Sequence record: SRR20825019_415
Length of the DNA: 45,540 bases
Direction: 5' to 3' (one strand)
Positions 34,284-43,475 of the stretch are shown in pieces (position 1 is the first letter of the stretch; every line of letters starts with the position of its first letter). The notes under the pieces were generated by a model. It had not been told where the DNA came from. It saw only the letters and a program-made list of their open reading frames with translations, and did not search any database. The translations under genes and the position numbers were made by a program.

Positions 34284-35138
34284 TTACAAATCATCTATCT
34301 GCATGATGTCCTTTTCCTCGCCACATCGCGGGCATTCCGCAGGGGCCAATGTGCCAATGCCGGTCGCATATTTGTCGTGGAATTCCTCGCCACATGCCCC
34401 GCACCGCAAAAGCCCCAATTCATCCCCTGCATCATCAGAATCAAACAGCGATGGCGCGCCGCAGGCATCATTATCGTTGCGGTAATTCACCACCCGCGCA
34501 CCGGGTGCCGGCATGAACAGATCAAGGTTATCCATCGAAGGTTTCGCCAGCAGGTCATGCAGGGTTTCCGCCCGGGTCCAGTCCCGATCCCAGCCAAACC
34601 AAGCGCATTCCATCGTCGGGCGACCTATCCCAAGGAAATCGGGCCGCCAGGTCAGCTCAAGCTTCCAGTGCGGACGATGGCGGCGATACAGGCCAAGCCG
34701 GTTGGCTGCGTGGAAATAGGTCGATTTCAGCAACAGCCAGACCTCGGCAACATGCATGCGCATCGCATGTTCGATGAACGCCGCCGGGTGATCATCGTCA
34801 TAGGCCGGATTGGTGATGATGATCGATCCGCGCGGCCGCATGACCGACAGGAAATTGACCCCGCCGGTGCCATATCCCCGATCAATCAGATCCGTCCCGA
34901 TCACCTTGCAGCCATGGCTTTCCATCACCCGCGCCGGAACGCCATCACCGCATTCCGGGTCCCAGATGCGTTTGCCTTTAAGGTGCGGCATCCGGCGAAA
35001 CAGCGCCTCGAACACTTCGGGCGGCGTCGGATAGAAATCATTTTCCTGCCGGTCGCGAACAGGCTCGATAAGTTTGTTGCCGACAACCGTAAGCGATTTT
35101 TTCCGCCCGCCAACCATCGCTGCACCAAGGGCCACCAT
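34284..35138 (-). CDS. Amino (N6A/N4C)-DNA methyltransferase-like protein with C-terminal Zn ribbon
   Basis: NDFYPTPP, IWDPECGDG (motif I), TDL, IITNPAY (motif IV variant); CGAC...CPRC. Confidence 0.75.
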   Translation of the reverse strand: MVALGAAMVGGRKKSLTVVGNKLIEPVRDRQENDFYPTPPEVFEALFRRMPHLKGKRIWDPECGDGVPARVMESHGCKVIGTDLIDRGYGTGGVNFLSVMRPRGSIIITNPAYDDDHPAAFIEHAMRMHVAEVWLLLKSTYFHAANRLGLYRRHRPHWKLELTWRPDFLGIGRPTMECAWFGWDRDWTRAETLHDLLAKPSMDNLDLFMPAPGARVVNYRNDNDACGAPSLFDSDDAGDELGLLRCGACGEEFHDKYATGIGTLAPAECPRCGEEKDIMQIDDL

Positions 35139-35338
35139 CACACACCCCCGTCAAGATCGATGAAACCGGCAAAGGCAAAGATGCGCTTGGCCTGTTTGTC
35201 ATGGTCATAGGCTTCGATCAGCCATTGCGGCTCCCTGTGCCAGTTATTGGCCCCGAAAAAGATACGCTCCGGCGTGATGCGGCGCTGCGAAACCTCGCCC
35301 CGCCAGTTCCGGTATTGCGCAACAAGCGGTTCAGCCAT
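35138..35338 (-). CDS. Stand-alone WYL-like domain protein
   Basis: YRNWRGEVSQRRITP..I.FG...WLIEAYD.DK.AKR.F. Confidence 0.7.
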   Translation of the reverse strand: MAEPLVAQYRNWRGEVSQRRITPERIFFGANNWHREPQWLIEAYDHDKQAKRIFAFAGFIDLDGGV

Positions 35339-35990
35339 GATCGTCACTCCGATAATCCGGCAGCCATTTGAACAGGCCGCATTGCTTGACCCGTGCGATC
35401 ACCTTGCCCAGCATCTTGTGCGCCGATGGCTCGACCGCATCGCATTCATCGCCATACATCCGGTCCAGATGGGCCGCGATGGCGGCGATATGCCGCGCGA
35501 AATCGGTGGTGAACATCGGTTCGGGCGCATGGGTATCGACCCATTTGACCAGCAACAGGGACACCATCAGAACCTTGATCGATTGCCAGCCCCCGGCATT
35601 CTTGTCGAACATCGGTTCAAGGGCCGCCATCACCGCCCGGTTGGCCTCGCGTTTGAAGTCCCACCACTGGCCGGGCAGCATCAGATCGGCCCAGACCTGC
35701 AAATCCGCCATCATCGCCGCAACAATCGCGCGATTCTCGGCATCGTCCTGGTCATAGGACAGATAGATCGACCAGATCAGCTGCGGGAAAAACGCCTTTT
35801 CGGCACAGTCAATTTCATTGATCCGGCGCGGTCGCTTGGCCTCGACCGTGACCGGCAGATTACGCCGACGGCCCCCGAAACCGATCTGTTGCTTTACCGC
35901 CGGAAGCGACATGGTTGCGCGCGGCAACACATCGTTGGATGGCACCGGCACATGCGCCAAAGGCAGGACGGGTTTGCGCATCGCGGTCAT
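35331..35990 (-). CDS. Hypothetical protein
   Basis: 219 aa, ATGA-coupled within the operon. Confidence 0.7.
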   Translation of the reverse strand: MTAMRKPVLPLAHVPVPSNDVLPRATMSLPAVKQQIGFGGRRRNLPVTVEAKRPRRINEIDCAEKAFFPQLIWSIYLSYDQDDAENRAIVAAMMADLQVWADLMLPGQWWDFKREANRAVMAALEPMFDKNAGGWQSIKVLMVSLLLVKWVDTHAPEPMFTTDFARHIAAIAAHLDRMYGDECDAVEPSAHKMLGKVIARVKQCGLFKWLPDYRSDDHG

Positions 35991-36232
35991 GGCTTTGCCC
36001 TTTCCGCCCGCCTGATCGCCTGCGCCAGCCGGACGCTGGCAGCCCCTTCCGGCTGATCATTGATCGCCTTTTCGGCATCCGCCGGGCTCAGATTGCATAG
36101 GGCCGTCAGAACCGCCTCCGGGGTCATCCCCGCCAAGGCTTCCTGCGGCGCACGCGCCAGAAGATCAATCAGCAAACCGCGCGCGGCATCGATCAGTTCC
36201 TGATAGGGATCGTTTTTGACGGGGTTGCTCAT
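35987..36232 (-). CDS. Hypothetical protein
   Basis: 81 aa, ATGA-coupled. Confidence 0.68.
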   Translation of the reverse strand: MSNPVKNDPYQELIDAARGLLIDLLARAPQEALAGMTPEAVLTALCNLSPADAEKAINDQPEGAASVRLAQAIRRAERAKP

Positions 36233-36729
36233 GCCGCACCCCCTACCAGCTTGGATCGCGATGATGGAAATGCATGAACATTGCTGATGACCGCGACGGC
36301 ATTCTGCAGGGTTTCCAGCAGATTGATCATCGCCTCAAGGTCCTGCTTGGCCTCGCGATGGTCAAGGATGCCATCGGCCATATGCTGCGAATGTTGTGCA
36401 AGAACCTCCGCGGCATGCGCCATCGCCTGATGAATGGTGACAGCACCGGGCGAAAGCTTTTCCGCCTTGCCAAGCCCGGCCAGCGCAAGGATTTCATTGG
36501 AAAACGTGGCGGGCAGAAAATTTGCAATCGTCAGGAAATTGACCATGCCCGGCAGGCTTTCACCATCGCGATAACATTCAAGCGTCCGGGGCTTGATCAC
36601 ACCACCCTTTGACAAAGCCTTAAGCGTGATCGCCTTGTTTTCCGCATCATAGGTGCCGACATGGCGGCGGAACGCGCCGGTAAAAACCGACTGTACCGCT
36701 TCATGGGCAATTGGGGGTGTATTCGCCAT
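36229..36729 (-). CDS. CII-like phage regulatory protein
   Basis: After cro; HTH-like TLECYRDGESLP; ADGILDHREA motif. Confidence 0.65.
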   Translation of the reverse strand: MANTPPIAHEAVQSVFTGAFRRHVGTYDAENKAITLKALSKGGVIKPRTLECYRDGESLPGMVNFLTIANFLPATFSNEILALAGLGKAEKLSPGAVTIHQAMAHAAEVLAQHSQHMADGILDHREAKQDLEAMINLLETLQNAVAVISNVHAFPSSRSKLVGGAA

Positions 36730-36776
36730 AAAACAATTTCCCGTTGTATGAGAACTTAAATGCTGTCGGTAGCCCG

Positions 36777-37037
36777 CTAGGCCGCCTTGGTCTGATCGTC
36801 ACCCCGGTCGGCCTTGGCGGCCGACGGGGCACCGGTATCATTCGCCGCCATCATGAAATCGGCGGGGATAACGGCCTCAAATTTGCGAATTGTATTGGCG
36901 GTCGGGTTCCATTCCGGGCTGTCAATCTTGCGAATTGCGGCCTCATTGACACCAGCCATCGTGGCCAGTCGATAAATCGCAAAGCCCTTGTGATGCCGCC
37001 ATGCCCGGATACGGTTCAGATTTGCATCAATCGACAT
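36777..37037 (-). CDS. cro: Cro-like HTH regulator
   Basis: RLATMAGVNEAAIRKI...WNPTANTIRKFE; divergent from the repressor. Confidence 0.8.
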   Translation of the reverse strand: MSIDANLNRIRAWRHHKGFAIYRLATMAGVNEAAIRKIDSPEWNPTANTIRKFEAVIPADFMMAANDTGAPSAAKADRGDDQTKAA

Positions 37038-37059
37038 TGTTCACTGCCTTTTCTTCTGA

Positions 37060-37115
37060 TGATGAACCCAACATATTCGGCATTTATAACTATTGTCAAC
37101 GATAATTCGTACTAT
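37060..37115 (-). promoter_or_regulatory. Leftward early promoter/operator
   Basis: ATCGTTGACAAT (37103-37092, contains TTGACA), identical to 37971-37982; CGATAATTCG near-palindrome. Confidence 0.6.
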
Positions 37116-37193
37116 TTGCCGATAACAATGCGAACCTGTTGCGCGCACAATGCCGAAAACCAAGAAACAGCAGGACATTTGGAGCAGGAGAAA

Positions 37194-37862
37194 ATGACAG
37201 ATCCGATTGAAGACCAGCGCCAAAGCTTCAACAGATGGCTGGAAAGAACCGGGCAAAGCACACTGGCGGTAGCCAAACGCGCGGGCATTAATGAATCGGC
37301 ATTGCGACATTACAAGAACGGCAAAACCCGTGACCTGCGCATGGAAAACAAACTCAAAATCGCGCAGACGCAGCACGCCAAACTGTCTGATATTTTCGGG
37401 GAAACCGCGCAACGATTTTCGTCGCCGCCGCCCGCAAGCATTGCCGCATCATCGGGCGTACCATCGGCAGAACCGCCAATGTTTGGCGGTGCGGTTCCCG
37501 TGGTCGGCAGGGCGCAAAACGGGCGGGTGATCGCCACAATCTTTCCGATTGCCTATGTCGAGGCACCGCAGAACATGACACTGTCCGGCAATGTCTATGC
37601 CGTAAGGGTCGCCAACACACTTAACATGCCCCGACTGAGAATGCGCGAAACCGTTTTATGTTCGCCCGATGACCCCGTAGCACCGGGCGACGATGCAGCC
37701 ATCCATGACACCGACGGCGAAATACACCTGATGCGGTGCCTTGAAAACAGCCACGAACACGGTTTCACCGGCACGATTTACAGCAACGAAGGCAAAAAGA
37801 TCACAATACCAGCCGACGCCATCGTCAACGTCGCCCGCATTGTCGCCATCTATCCGGCGTAA
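37194..37862 (+). CDS. cI: CI-like repressor: XRE HTH plus degenerate S24-like domain
   Basis: VAKRAGINESALRHYKNG HTH; VPVVGRAQNG, YAVRVANTLNMP, PGDD, VARIV; SD AGGAG. Confidence 0.85.
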   Translation: MTDPIEDQRQSFNRWLERTGQSTLAVAKRAGINESALRHYKNGKTRDLRMENKLKIAQTQHAKLSDIFGETAQRFSSPPPASIAASSGVPSAEPPMFGGAVPVVGRAQNGRVIATIFPIAYVEAPQNMTLSGNVYAVRVANTLNMPRLRMRETVLCSPDDPVAPGDDAAIHDTDGEIHLMRCLENSHEHGFTGTIYSNEGKKITIPADAIVNVARIVAIYPA

Positions 37863-37885
37863 AAGGTCGGATTCCCCGACCTTTT
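37861..37885 (+). terminator. Bidirectional-type terminator after cI
   Basis: aaaaggtcgg-attcc-ccgacctttt. Confidence 0.75.
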
Positions 37886-37941
37886 ACTAGCTCAACAGAT
37901 AGTCAAGATCGGATATTCCGACACTGAGCGCAGTTTTCTGC

Positions 37942-37996
37942 CGTTATTATTCGTTATTTTATCCTAATTAATCGTTGACAATTACGAATATTAACG
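37942..37996 (+). promoter_or_regulatory. Rightward early promoter with inverted operator-like 12-mers
   Basis: TTGACA at 37975; CGTTATTATTCG (37942-53) and CGAATATTAACG (37985-96) are near reverse complements. Confidence 0.6.
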
Positions 37997-38037
37997 ACAC
38001 CCTTTGCCCGTTCAATACAGCAAAGGGCGCTTTTGCG

Positions 38038-38826
38038 ATGAATGCACAACTTCAAGCCTTCAATGACAACTCCGCTACCACACTGTCTTACAACGGGGCG
38101 GCGATTCGGGTTAATGACGACAAACTGAACCTGACAGATATGTGGCGCGCTGCGGACAGCGACCCATCCCGTAAACCGGCGGAATGGCTTCGTTCGGCAG
38201 ATGCGCAAAAATTCTGCTTGTTCTTGGCTGACAGTTTAAATGTGGAAATTTCCCACCTTTTAGAGATCGGCAAGGGCAGAACCGGAACGACGGCAGCCCA
38301 CTGGCAGGTCGGCATGGCCTATGCCAAGTACCTGTCGCCGGAATTCCATATGTGGTGCAACACCGTTGTTCGCGAACGGATGGAAGGCACCACCACCAGC
38401 CCGACCGACATCCACCAGCAGCTTAATGATCCGACCGCATTGCGCGGCCTGCTTCTGACCTATTCCGAAAAGGTCATCGCACTCGAACATCAGATCGAGG
38501 AAGCCAAACCAAAGCTGGATGCACTCGACCGCATCGCGCAGGCCGATGGCACCATGTGCATCACCAACGCCGCCAAGGTCCTGCAGATGCGGCCCAAGGA
38601 CCTGTTTGCATGGCTGGCGCAAAATGGCTGGACCTATAAGCGGCCCGGCTCCGCCGCATGGCTTGGCTACCAGTCGAAAACCGCGCAGGGCCTTCTGGAA
38701 CACAAGACGACAACGGTCTGGCGCGGCGACGGCTCGGAAAAGGTGACCGAACAGGTGCGCATCACGGCCAAGGGTCTGACCCGCCTTGCCACCATCATCA
38801 AACCCGCCATTGCGGAGGTTAAATGA
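38038..38826 (+). CDS. KilA-N + ANT (KilAC) antirepressor
   Basis: LNLTDMWRA...PAEW...YAKYLSPEFHMW; KPKLDALDRIA..DG..CITNAAKVL...ITAKGL. Confidence 0.9.
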   Translation: MNAQLQAFNDNSATTLSYNGAAIRVNDDKLNLTDMWRAADSDPSRKPAEWLRSADAQKFCLFLADSLNVEISHLLEIGKGRTGTTAAHWQVGMAYAKYLSPEFHMWCNTVVRERMEGTTTSPTDIHQQLNDPTALRGLLLTYSEKVIALEHQIEEAKPKLDALDRIAQADGTMCITNAAKVLQMRPKDLFAWLAQNGWTYKRPGSAAWLGYQSKTAQGLLEHKTTTVWRGDGSEKVTEQVRITAKGLTRLATIIKPAIAEVK

Positions 38827-38956
38827 CCCGCACTGCCCTCAATTTTAAGGGGAGCACCGGCGCAAAATTGCGCCGGTGGTGATCTTCGCCACAACCAATT
38901 CACTCACCGCAGAATTGCGCTAAGTGACGTTTCCATAGACCAGATTGGAACCAACC

Positions 38957-39511
38957 ATGAAACTCTCAAACGAAATCCGTGACAACATCATCAAAGCCCT
39001 GATAAAGCACCGATTCGCAGCCGATCAGGAAGCCATTGAGCAGCAGGAAACCGCGCTCGCCGACAAACTCTATTGCGACTATTACGGACCGACGACACGC
39101 AAACTGATGAACAGCATGCCGGACGGCGCTTTGCCGGTCACGCGCGATACCTTTGTCAACTTCGCCGGGTGCCGGGACACGTTGAAATTTTCCAGCGAAC
39201 GGCGCTGCTTCTATATCGACCGCTATAGCGGATCGACCATGCGCGGCACAGCGTACGACGCGCAACACGCCTTTACCCTTGAATGGACCGCACTGGAAAA
39301 CGCCCGCAAGGATTTGAAGGAACGGAAATCGCAGGCAGCAGCCAAGGCCGAAGCCGTTTTGAAAAGCGTTGGTTCATCCAAGCGCCTGCTTGAAATCTGG
39401 CCCGAGGTTGAACCCTTCCTGCCGCCAGAACCGGCCAAGGCTCAACTCCCCGCGACCATCACCCAGGACCTTAACAAGGCCCTCGACCTGCCGGTCGCCA
39501 ACGCCGCATGA
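38957..39511 (+). CDS. Nmad5-like protein
   Basis: MKLSNEIRDNII...SSKRLLEIWPE...LP. Confidence 0.7.
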   Translation: MKLSNEIRDNIIKALIKHRFAADQEAIEQQETALADKLYCDYYGPTTRKLMNSMPDGALPVTRDTFVNFAGCRDTLKFSSERRCFYIDRYSGSTMRGTAYDAQHAFTLEWTALENARKDLKERKSQAAAKAEAVLKSVGSSKRLLEIWPEVEPFLPPEPAKAQLPATITQDLNKALDLPVANAA

Positions 39512-39527
39512 CCTGAAAGGAACCCCC

Positions 39528-40265
39528 ATGTTCAAACCACACGAAACCGCCTATCAGGTCGCGCGCCAGAACTTTCTGGCCTACGCGGCGGCCCATGAAC
39601 AGGGTTGCGCATCCGATGAAGATCGCGCAACCGCCCGCGAACAGCTTGCCAGAACCGACTGGCTGGCCAGCGTGATTGATCAGCTTGATTGCCTGCGCAA
39701 TCATCAGGATCAAGTGTCTGATCGCAACGCGCATACCCGTGCGCTGGGCGATTTCTTTGCCCTCGCCGACGAGGCGACCGTTGGCGATTATCCAGATGAT
39801 TTCAAAAGTGACAAAGCCAAAGCGATCAACCTGGTCATCAGCAACGCCACCCGCTGGCGCAAGCAGATCGCCGAATGCGGGGCGGGCTTCAACCCGCTTC
39901 TGATCGCAAGCGATATCGTGGTTCTGCAGAAGAAGATCGACCGGATACTGTTCGGCCACGAAACCTTCAGGGCCCATCAGATCCGCGATTGCACACCGTC
40001 GCGCATCGCCTTTTGCGTCGAAACCACCCGGCCAACCGCCGACAACGCGGCAAATGATGCAGGCGAAACCGTGCATATCGCCTGGTGCGCCGAACACAAA
40101 CCGGGATCAACCCGCATGGATTCCCTGATCGGCCCCTATGCCACCCTGTTTTACGCCACCCGCATCGCCAACGCGATGAACCGCGCCATCGGCATCACCC
40201 AGCCCGCCGCAACCGAACTGACCGGCAACAGCCTCCGCATGGCCCGGCTGATTGCGGCGGCGTGA
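39528..40265 (+). CDS. Hypothetical protein
   Basis: SD AAGGA, 245 aa. Confidence 0.7.
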   Translation: MFKPHETAYQVARQNFLAYAAAHEQGCASDEDRATAREQLARTDWLASVIDQLDCLRNHQDQVSDRNAHTRALGDFFALADEATVGDYPDDFKSDKAKAINLVISNATRWRKQIAECGAGFNPLLIASDIVVLQKKIDRILFGHETFRAHQIRDCTPSRIAFCVETTRPTADNAANDAGETVHIAWCAEHKPGSTRMDSLIGPYATLFYATRIANAMNRAIGITQPAATELTGNSLRMARLIAAA

Positions 40266-40276
40266 AAGGAACCATC

Positions 40277-41467
40277 ATGACCAAAATAGAATGGACCCAG
40301 CGCCCCGGCACAAAGGGCGAGACATGGAACCCGATCCGGGCGCGGAACAAGGCAACCGGCGGCACCGGCCATTTCTGCACCAAAGTCAGCGCAGGCTGCC
40401 AGAACTGTTACGCCGCCGACTTCCAGAAGCGGTTCAAAAACCCGGTGCGCTATGCCGCACAGGATGCCGATCAGGTCGAAATCTTCCTTGACGCTATCGT
40501 GGTCCGGCAGCCTTTGATGTGGAAAAAACCGCGCACGATCTTTGTGTGCAGCATGACGGACCTGTTTTACGAGGGACACTGCGACGAATGGATTGACGAT
40601 ATCTTTGCCATCGCAGCCCTTTGCCCGCAGCACACCTTTATCGTTCTGACAAAACGGATCGAAGCCACCCGGCAATACATGACATCGATCGACAATAACG
40701 ACGGTGGCAGGCTGGAAGGTTTCCGCGATGCCATGATTGAAGGGGCCGCGCAGCGCATCCACTTTGAACGAACCCGCGAAGATCCTTCGATGTGGCTGGC
40801 GGTTCATCTGCCCCTGCCGAATGTCTGGATCGGCACCAGTGCCGAGGATCAGGCAACCGCCATTGAACGCATCCCGACCCTGTTGACCACACCGGCAGCG
40901 GTGCGCTTTATCAGCGCGGAGCCGCTGCTTGGCCCTGTGGAACTGGATAACCTTATCATTGCCGATCTCCCGACCGGCGAATGGAGCTTCAATTGCCTCG
41001 ATAACGAAGGTCTCGATATCGAAGATGACGAAGCCTTCAAGGGCGCGACCATCGACTGGGTCATCTGCGGCGGCGAAAGCGGCCACAAGGCCCGCACGAT
41101 GCACCCGGACTGGGCGCGATCTCTACGCGATCAATGCAAGGCGGCGAGCGTGCCGTTCTTCTTTAAGCAGTGGGGCGCATGGTTGCCATGGGAATCTGCC
41201 GACGCTCCGTTCTGGCTGTCACAAAATGATGCATACGTGGACGGCCACAACCTGTTTCCTAGCGAAATGGAAAGCGATCCCAATTGGAATGATGGGTTGT
41301 CATTTGTTTCGGACGGCGAATCACATGCCGTATTCCAGAAGGTCGGCAAAAAAGCCGCCGGACGCCTGCTGGACGGCGTCGAACACAACGCCTTTCCAAC
41401 CGTATCCGCCAACGAAAACCGGACCGCCGAAAGCGAATTGGTGAAGTCCGGCACCTTCGCCGCATGA
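40277..41467 (+). CDS. Gp37/Gp68 (DUF5131) family protein
   Basis: TKIEWT...TWNP...CTKVSAGCQNCYA, IFVCSMTDLF, LTKR, SAEPLLG, WVICGGESG, FFFKQWG. Confidence 0.9.
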   Translation: MTKIEWTQRPGTKGETWNPIRARNKATGGTGHFCTKVSAGCQNCYAADFQKRFKNPVRYAAQDADQVEIFLDAIVVRQPLMWKKPRTIFVCSMTDLFYEGHCDEWIDDIFAIAALCPQHTFIVLTKRIEATRQYMTSIDNNDGGRLEGFRDAMIEGAAQRIHFERTREDPSMWLAVHLPLPNVWIGTSAEDQATAIERIPTLLTTPAAVRFISAEPLLGPVELDNLIIADLPTGEWSFNCLDNEGLDIEDDEAFKGATIDWVICGGESGHKARTMHPDWARSLRDQCKAASVPFFFKQWGAWLPWESADAPFWLSQNDAYVDGHNLFPSEMESDPNWNDGLSFVSDGESHAVFQKVGKKAAGRLLDGVEHNAFPTVSANENRTAESELVKSGTFAA

Positions 41468-41570
41468 ACCCGATCCTGCCCCTTGCGAAATTCACCGCCT
41501 GCGCCCTGATCGCGATTGCGATCGGGCAGCAGGCCGCAAGGATCAGCCAGTCAGAAAAGGAACCGACCCC

Positions 41571-41984
41571 ATGGTTACCAGACTTCAGCCTTTCACCATC
41601 GCCGCATCAGCCTTTAGCGACGATCAGATCGCGGCCCTTCGCGACGCAGCCAACGACACCACCCCAGGCCCGCTTCGCCTTCACACGCCCGACGATATCC
41701 TGTGCGACCCCCGCCGCGCCCGCATGGCAAAAATCCTTGCCGACCATGCCGACAACGCCCTGCCGACCATGGGCGAACGGCTTAACGTCGTGGTGATGGA
41801 CCCGGCAGGCCACCCGCACCAGCATCGCGGCATGATCCGCCCCGCCACCTGCGTTGCCGCCCTTCCCGGCGGTCGCATCCTGGTCGATTTCCAGTTCCAC
41901 GCCACCACCAAAGACCGCGAAAGCGCATGGGTCCACATCACCCAATGCACCTTCCCGGACCGGATTGCGCGGGGGAATGCGTGA
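41571..41984 (+). CDS. Hypothetical protein
   Basis: SD AAGGA; coupled to the next gene. Confidence 0.6.
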   Translation: MVTRLQPFTIAASAFSDDQIAALRDAANDTTPGPLRLHTPDDILCDPRRARMAKILADHADNALPTMGERLNVVVMDPAGHPHQHRGMIRPATCVAALPGGRILVDFQFHATTKDRESAWVHITQCTFPDRIARGNA

Positions 41985-42511
41985 TGCGCTATTTCATGAT
42001 CAAATCTGGGCCGATGCTCGACAGGGCCAACGACTATCGCGCACGGCACGAATACGGCTTTGACGCCGCCACCGAGTTTGCCAAGAAATATGGCGGCACC
42101 CGTTTCTGGTCCGGCCTTGACGGTCGGCTGATCGGCATCACGGCAGTAAGGAAACCCGGCCCGGAATGGATACGGGACCGCAAGCAGGGATACTGGCACC
42201 CCTCACGCGACAGCCGAAAAAAAGCAGCCATGGATATCTGGGATGAAATTCGCATTCTGCCACCCATCCCCGGCTATGACCGCCGCAATAGCGAACCCGC
42301 CCTTTGGCTGGGTATCGACACGGCCTGCCGCTGCCAGCTTGGCTATAAGGACGATCTTTTCTACCTGTTCCTGACCGACAAAAACATGCTCGGAACGTCG
42401 GTCAAGGACCAGTTGAAAATCATCGCCGATCTGCCGGTGCCCGAAGGCTGCGAAGAAATCAGCGAGGCAAAACTTAATCTGCTGCTGGCAGAACGGGAGC
42501 AGGCAGCATGA
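41984..42511 (+). CDS. Hypothetical protein
   Basis: TGATG and ATGA coupling, 175 aa. Confidence 0.68.
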   Translation: MRYFMIKSGPMLDRANDYRARHEYGFDAATEFAKKYGGTRFWSGLDGRLIGITAVRKPGPEWIRDRKQGYWHPSRDSRKKAAMDIWDEIRILPPIPGYDRRNSEPALWLGIDTACRCQLGYKDDLFYLFLTDKNMLGTSVKDQLKIIADLPVPEGCEEISEAKLNLLLAEREQAA

Positions 42512-43191
42512 CAACCCTGCGCGTACTCGTAGGATGCGAGTTTACCGGCACCGTGCGCCGGGCCTTTGCTGCCCGCGGGCACGACGCATGGTCGTGCGAT
42601 CTGCTTCCCGCCGAAGATCGATCGAACAAGCATATCACGGGCGACATTCGCGATATCCTGGCAGACGGCTGGGACTTGCTGATTGTCGCCCACCCGCCTT
42701 GCACCCGCCTTTGCCGGGCCGGGCGGCGCTGGCTTTCGGGCGAGGGCTTCATGACCCCACCCAAAAAGCTGCCGCGCGGTCGCACATGGGAAAGCATGAA
42801 ACAGGAATTCAAGGACGGGGTTGACCTGTTCACGGCCTGCTGGCGTGCGCCGGTTGATCGCATCGCGATCGAGAACCCGGAAATGCACGACATAGCAAAG
42901 GCCCACATGCCCGATGACCTGCCAGCCCCGCAGATGGTGCAGCCCCACCATTTCGGGCACCCGGAATATAAAAACACCGGCTGGTATCTCAAAAACCTGC
43001 CGTGCCTGACACCGACCCAAAAACTGCCAGAACCCGAACGCGGCAGCGACGAATGGAAAAAATGGTGCCGGGTCCACCGGATGCCACCCGGCCCGGAACG
43101 GGCAAAGGAACGCAGCCGGTTCTTTCCCGGCATGGCCGACGCCTGCGCCGACCAGTGGGGCGGCTGGGCACTTGAAAGGATTGCAGCATGA
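42508..43191 (+). CDS. Short C5-cytosine DNA methyltransferase-like protein
   Basis: VLVGCEFTG...SCDL, AHPPC (motif IV), IENP (motif VI), FPGMADACADQWG. Confidence 0.8.
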   Translation: MTTLRVLVGCEFTGTVRRAFAARGHDAWSCDLLPAEDRSNKHITGDIRDILADGWDLLIVAHPPCTRLCRAGRRWLSGEGFMTPPKKLPRGRTWESMKQEFKDGVDLFTACWRAPVDRIAIENPEMHDIAKAHMPDDLPAPQMVQPHHFGHPEYKNTGWYLKNLPCLTPTQKLPEPERGSDEWKKWCRVHRMPPGPERAKERSRFFPGMADACADQWGGWALERIAA

Positions 43192-43472
43192 AACGCAAAC
43201 TTACGATAACCCTGTCACTCGAACTCGACGACATTGAGCCTGGAAACCGCGAGAAACTTGCGCGGCAGGTGGATATGACGCCGGATGAACTCCACAATCT
43301 GGCGTACCATAGCACGGCGGAAATTGCCAACGCATTCGCGGATCAGGCCGTCCGGCACTTCAACGATATCAAGTCGTCGCACGATCTCGACGAGTTTCTG
43401 AGATACGACCACATTTACGCATCCATCGCCCGCTGGGAAATCTTGGATTGCACGGCTATCGGGGAGGATTGA
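43188..43472 (+). CDS. Hypothetical protein
   Basis: 94 aa, ATGA-coupled. Confidence 0.65.
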   Translation: MKRKLTITLSLELDDIEPGNREKLARQVDMTPDELHNLAYHSTAEIANAFADQAVRHFNDIKSSHDLDEFLRYDHIYASIARWEILDCTAIGED

Positions 43473-43475
43473 GTA

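Noticed and set aside
36744-37193. N-terminal 150 aa of the 372-aa ORF
   Set aside because: Overlaps cro in antisense and the control region; cI starts at ATG 37194 with SD AGGAG
41464-41796. 110-aa ORF with a hydrophobic N-terminus
   Set aside because: ATGA-coupled start is plausible, but two thirds overlap 41571..41984, which has a better SD; left uncalled
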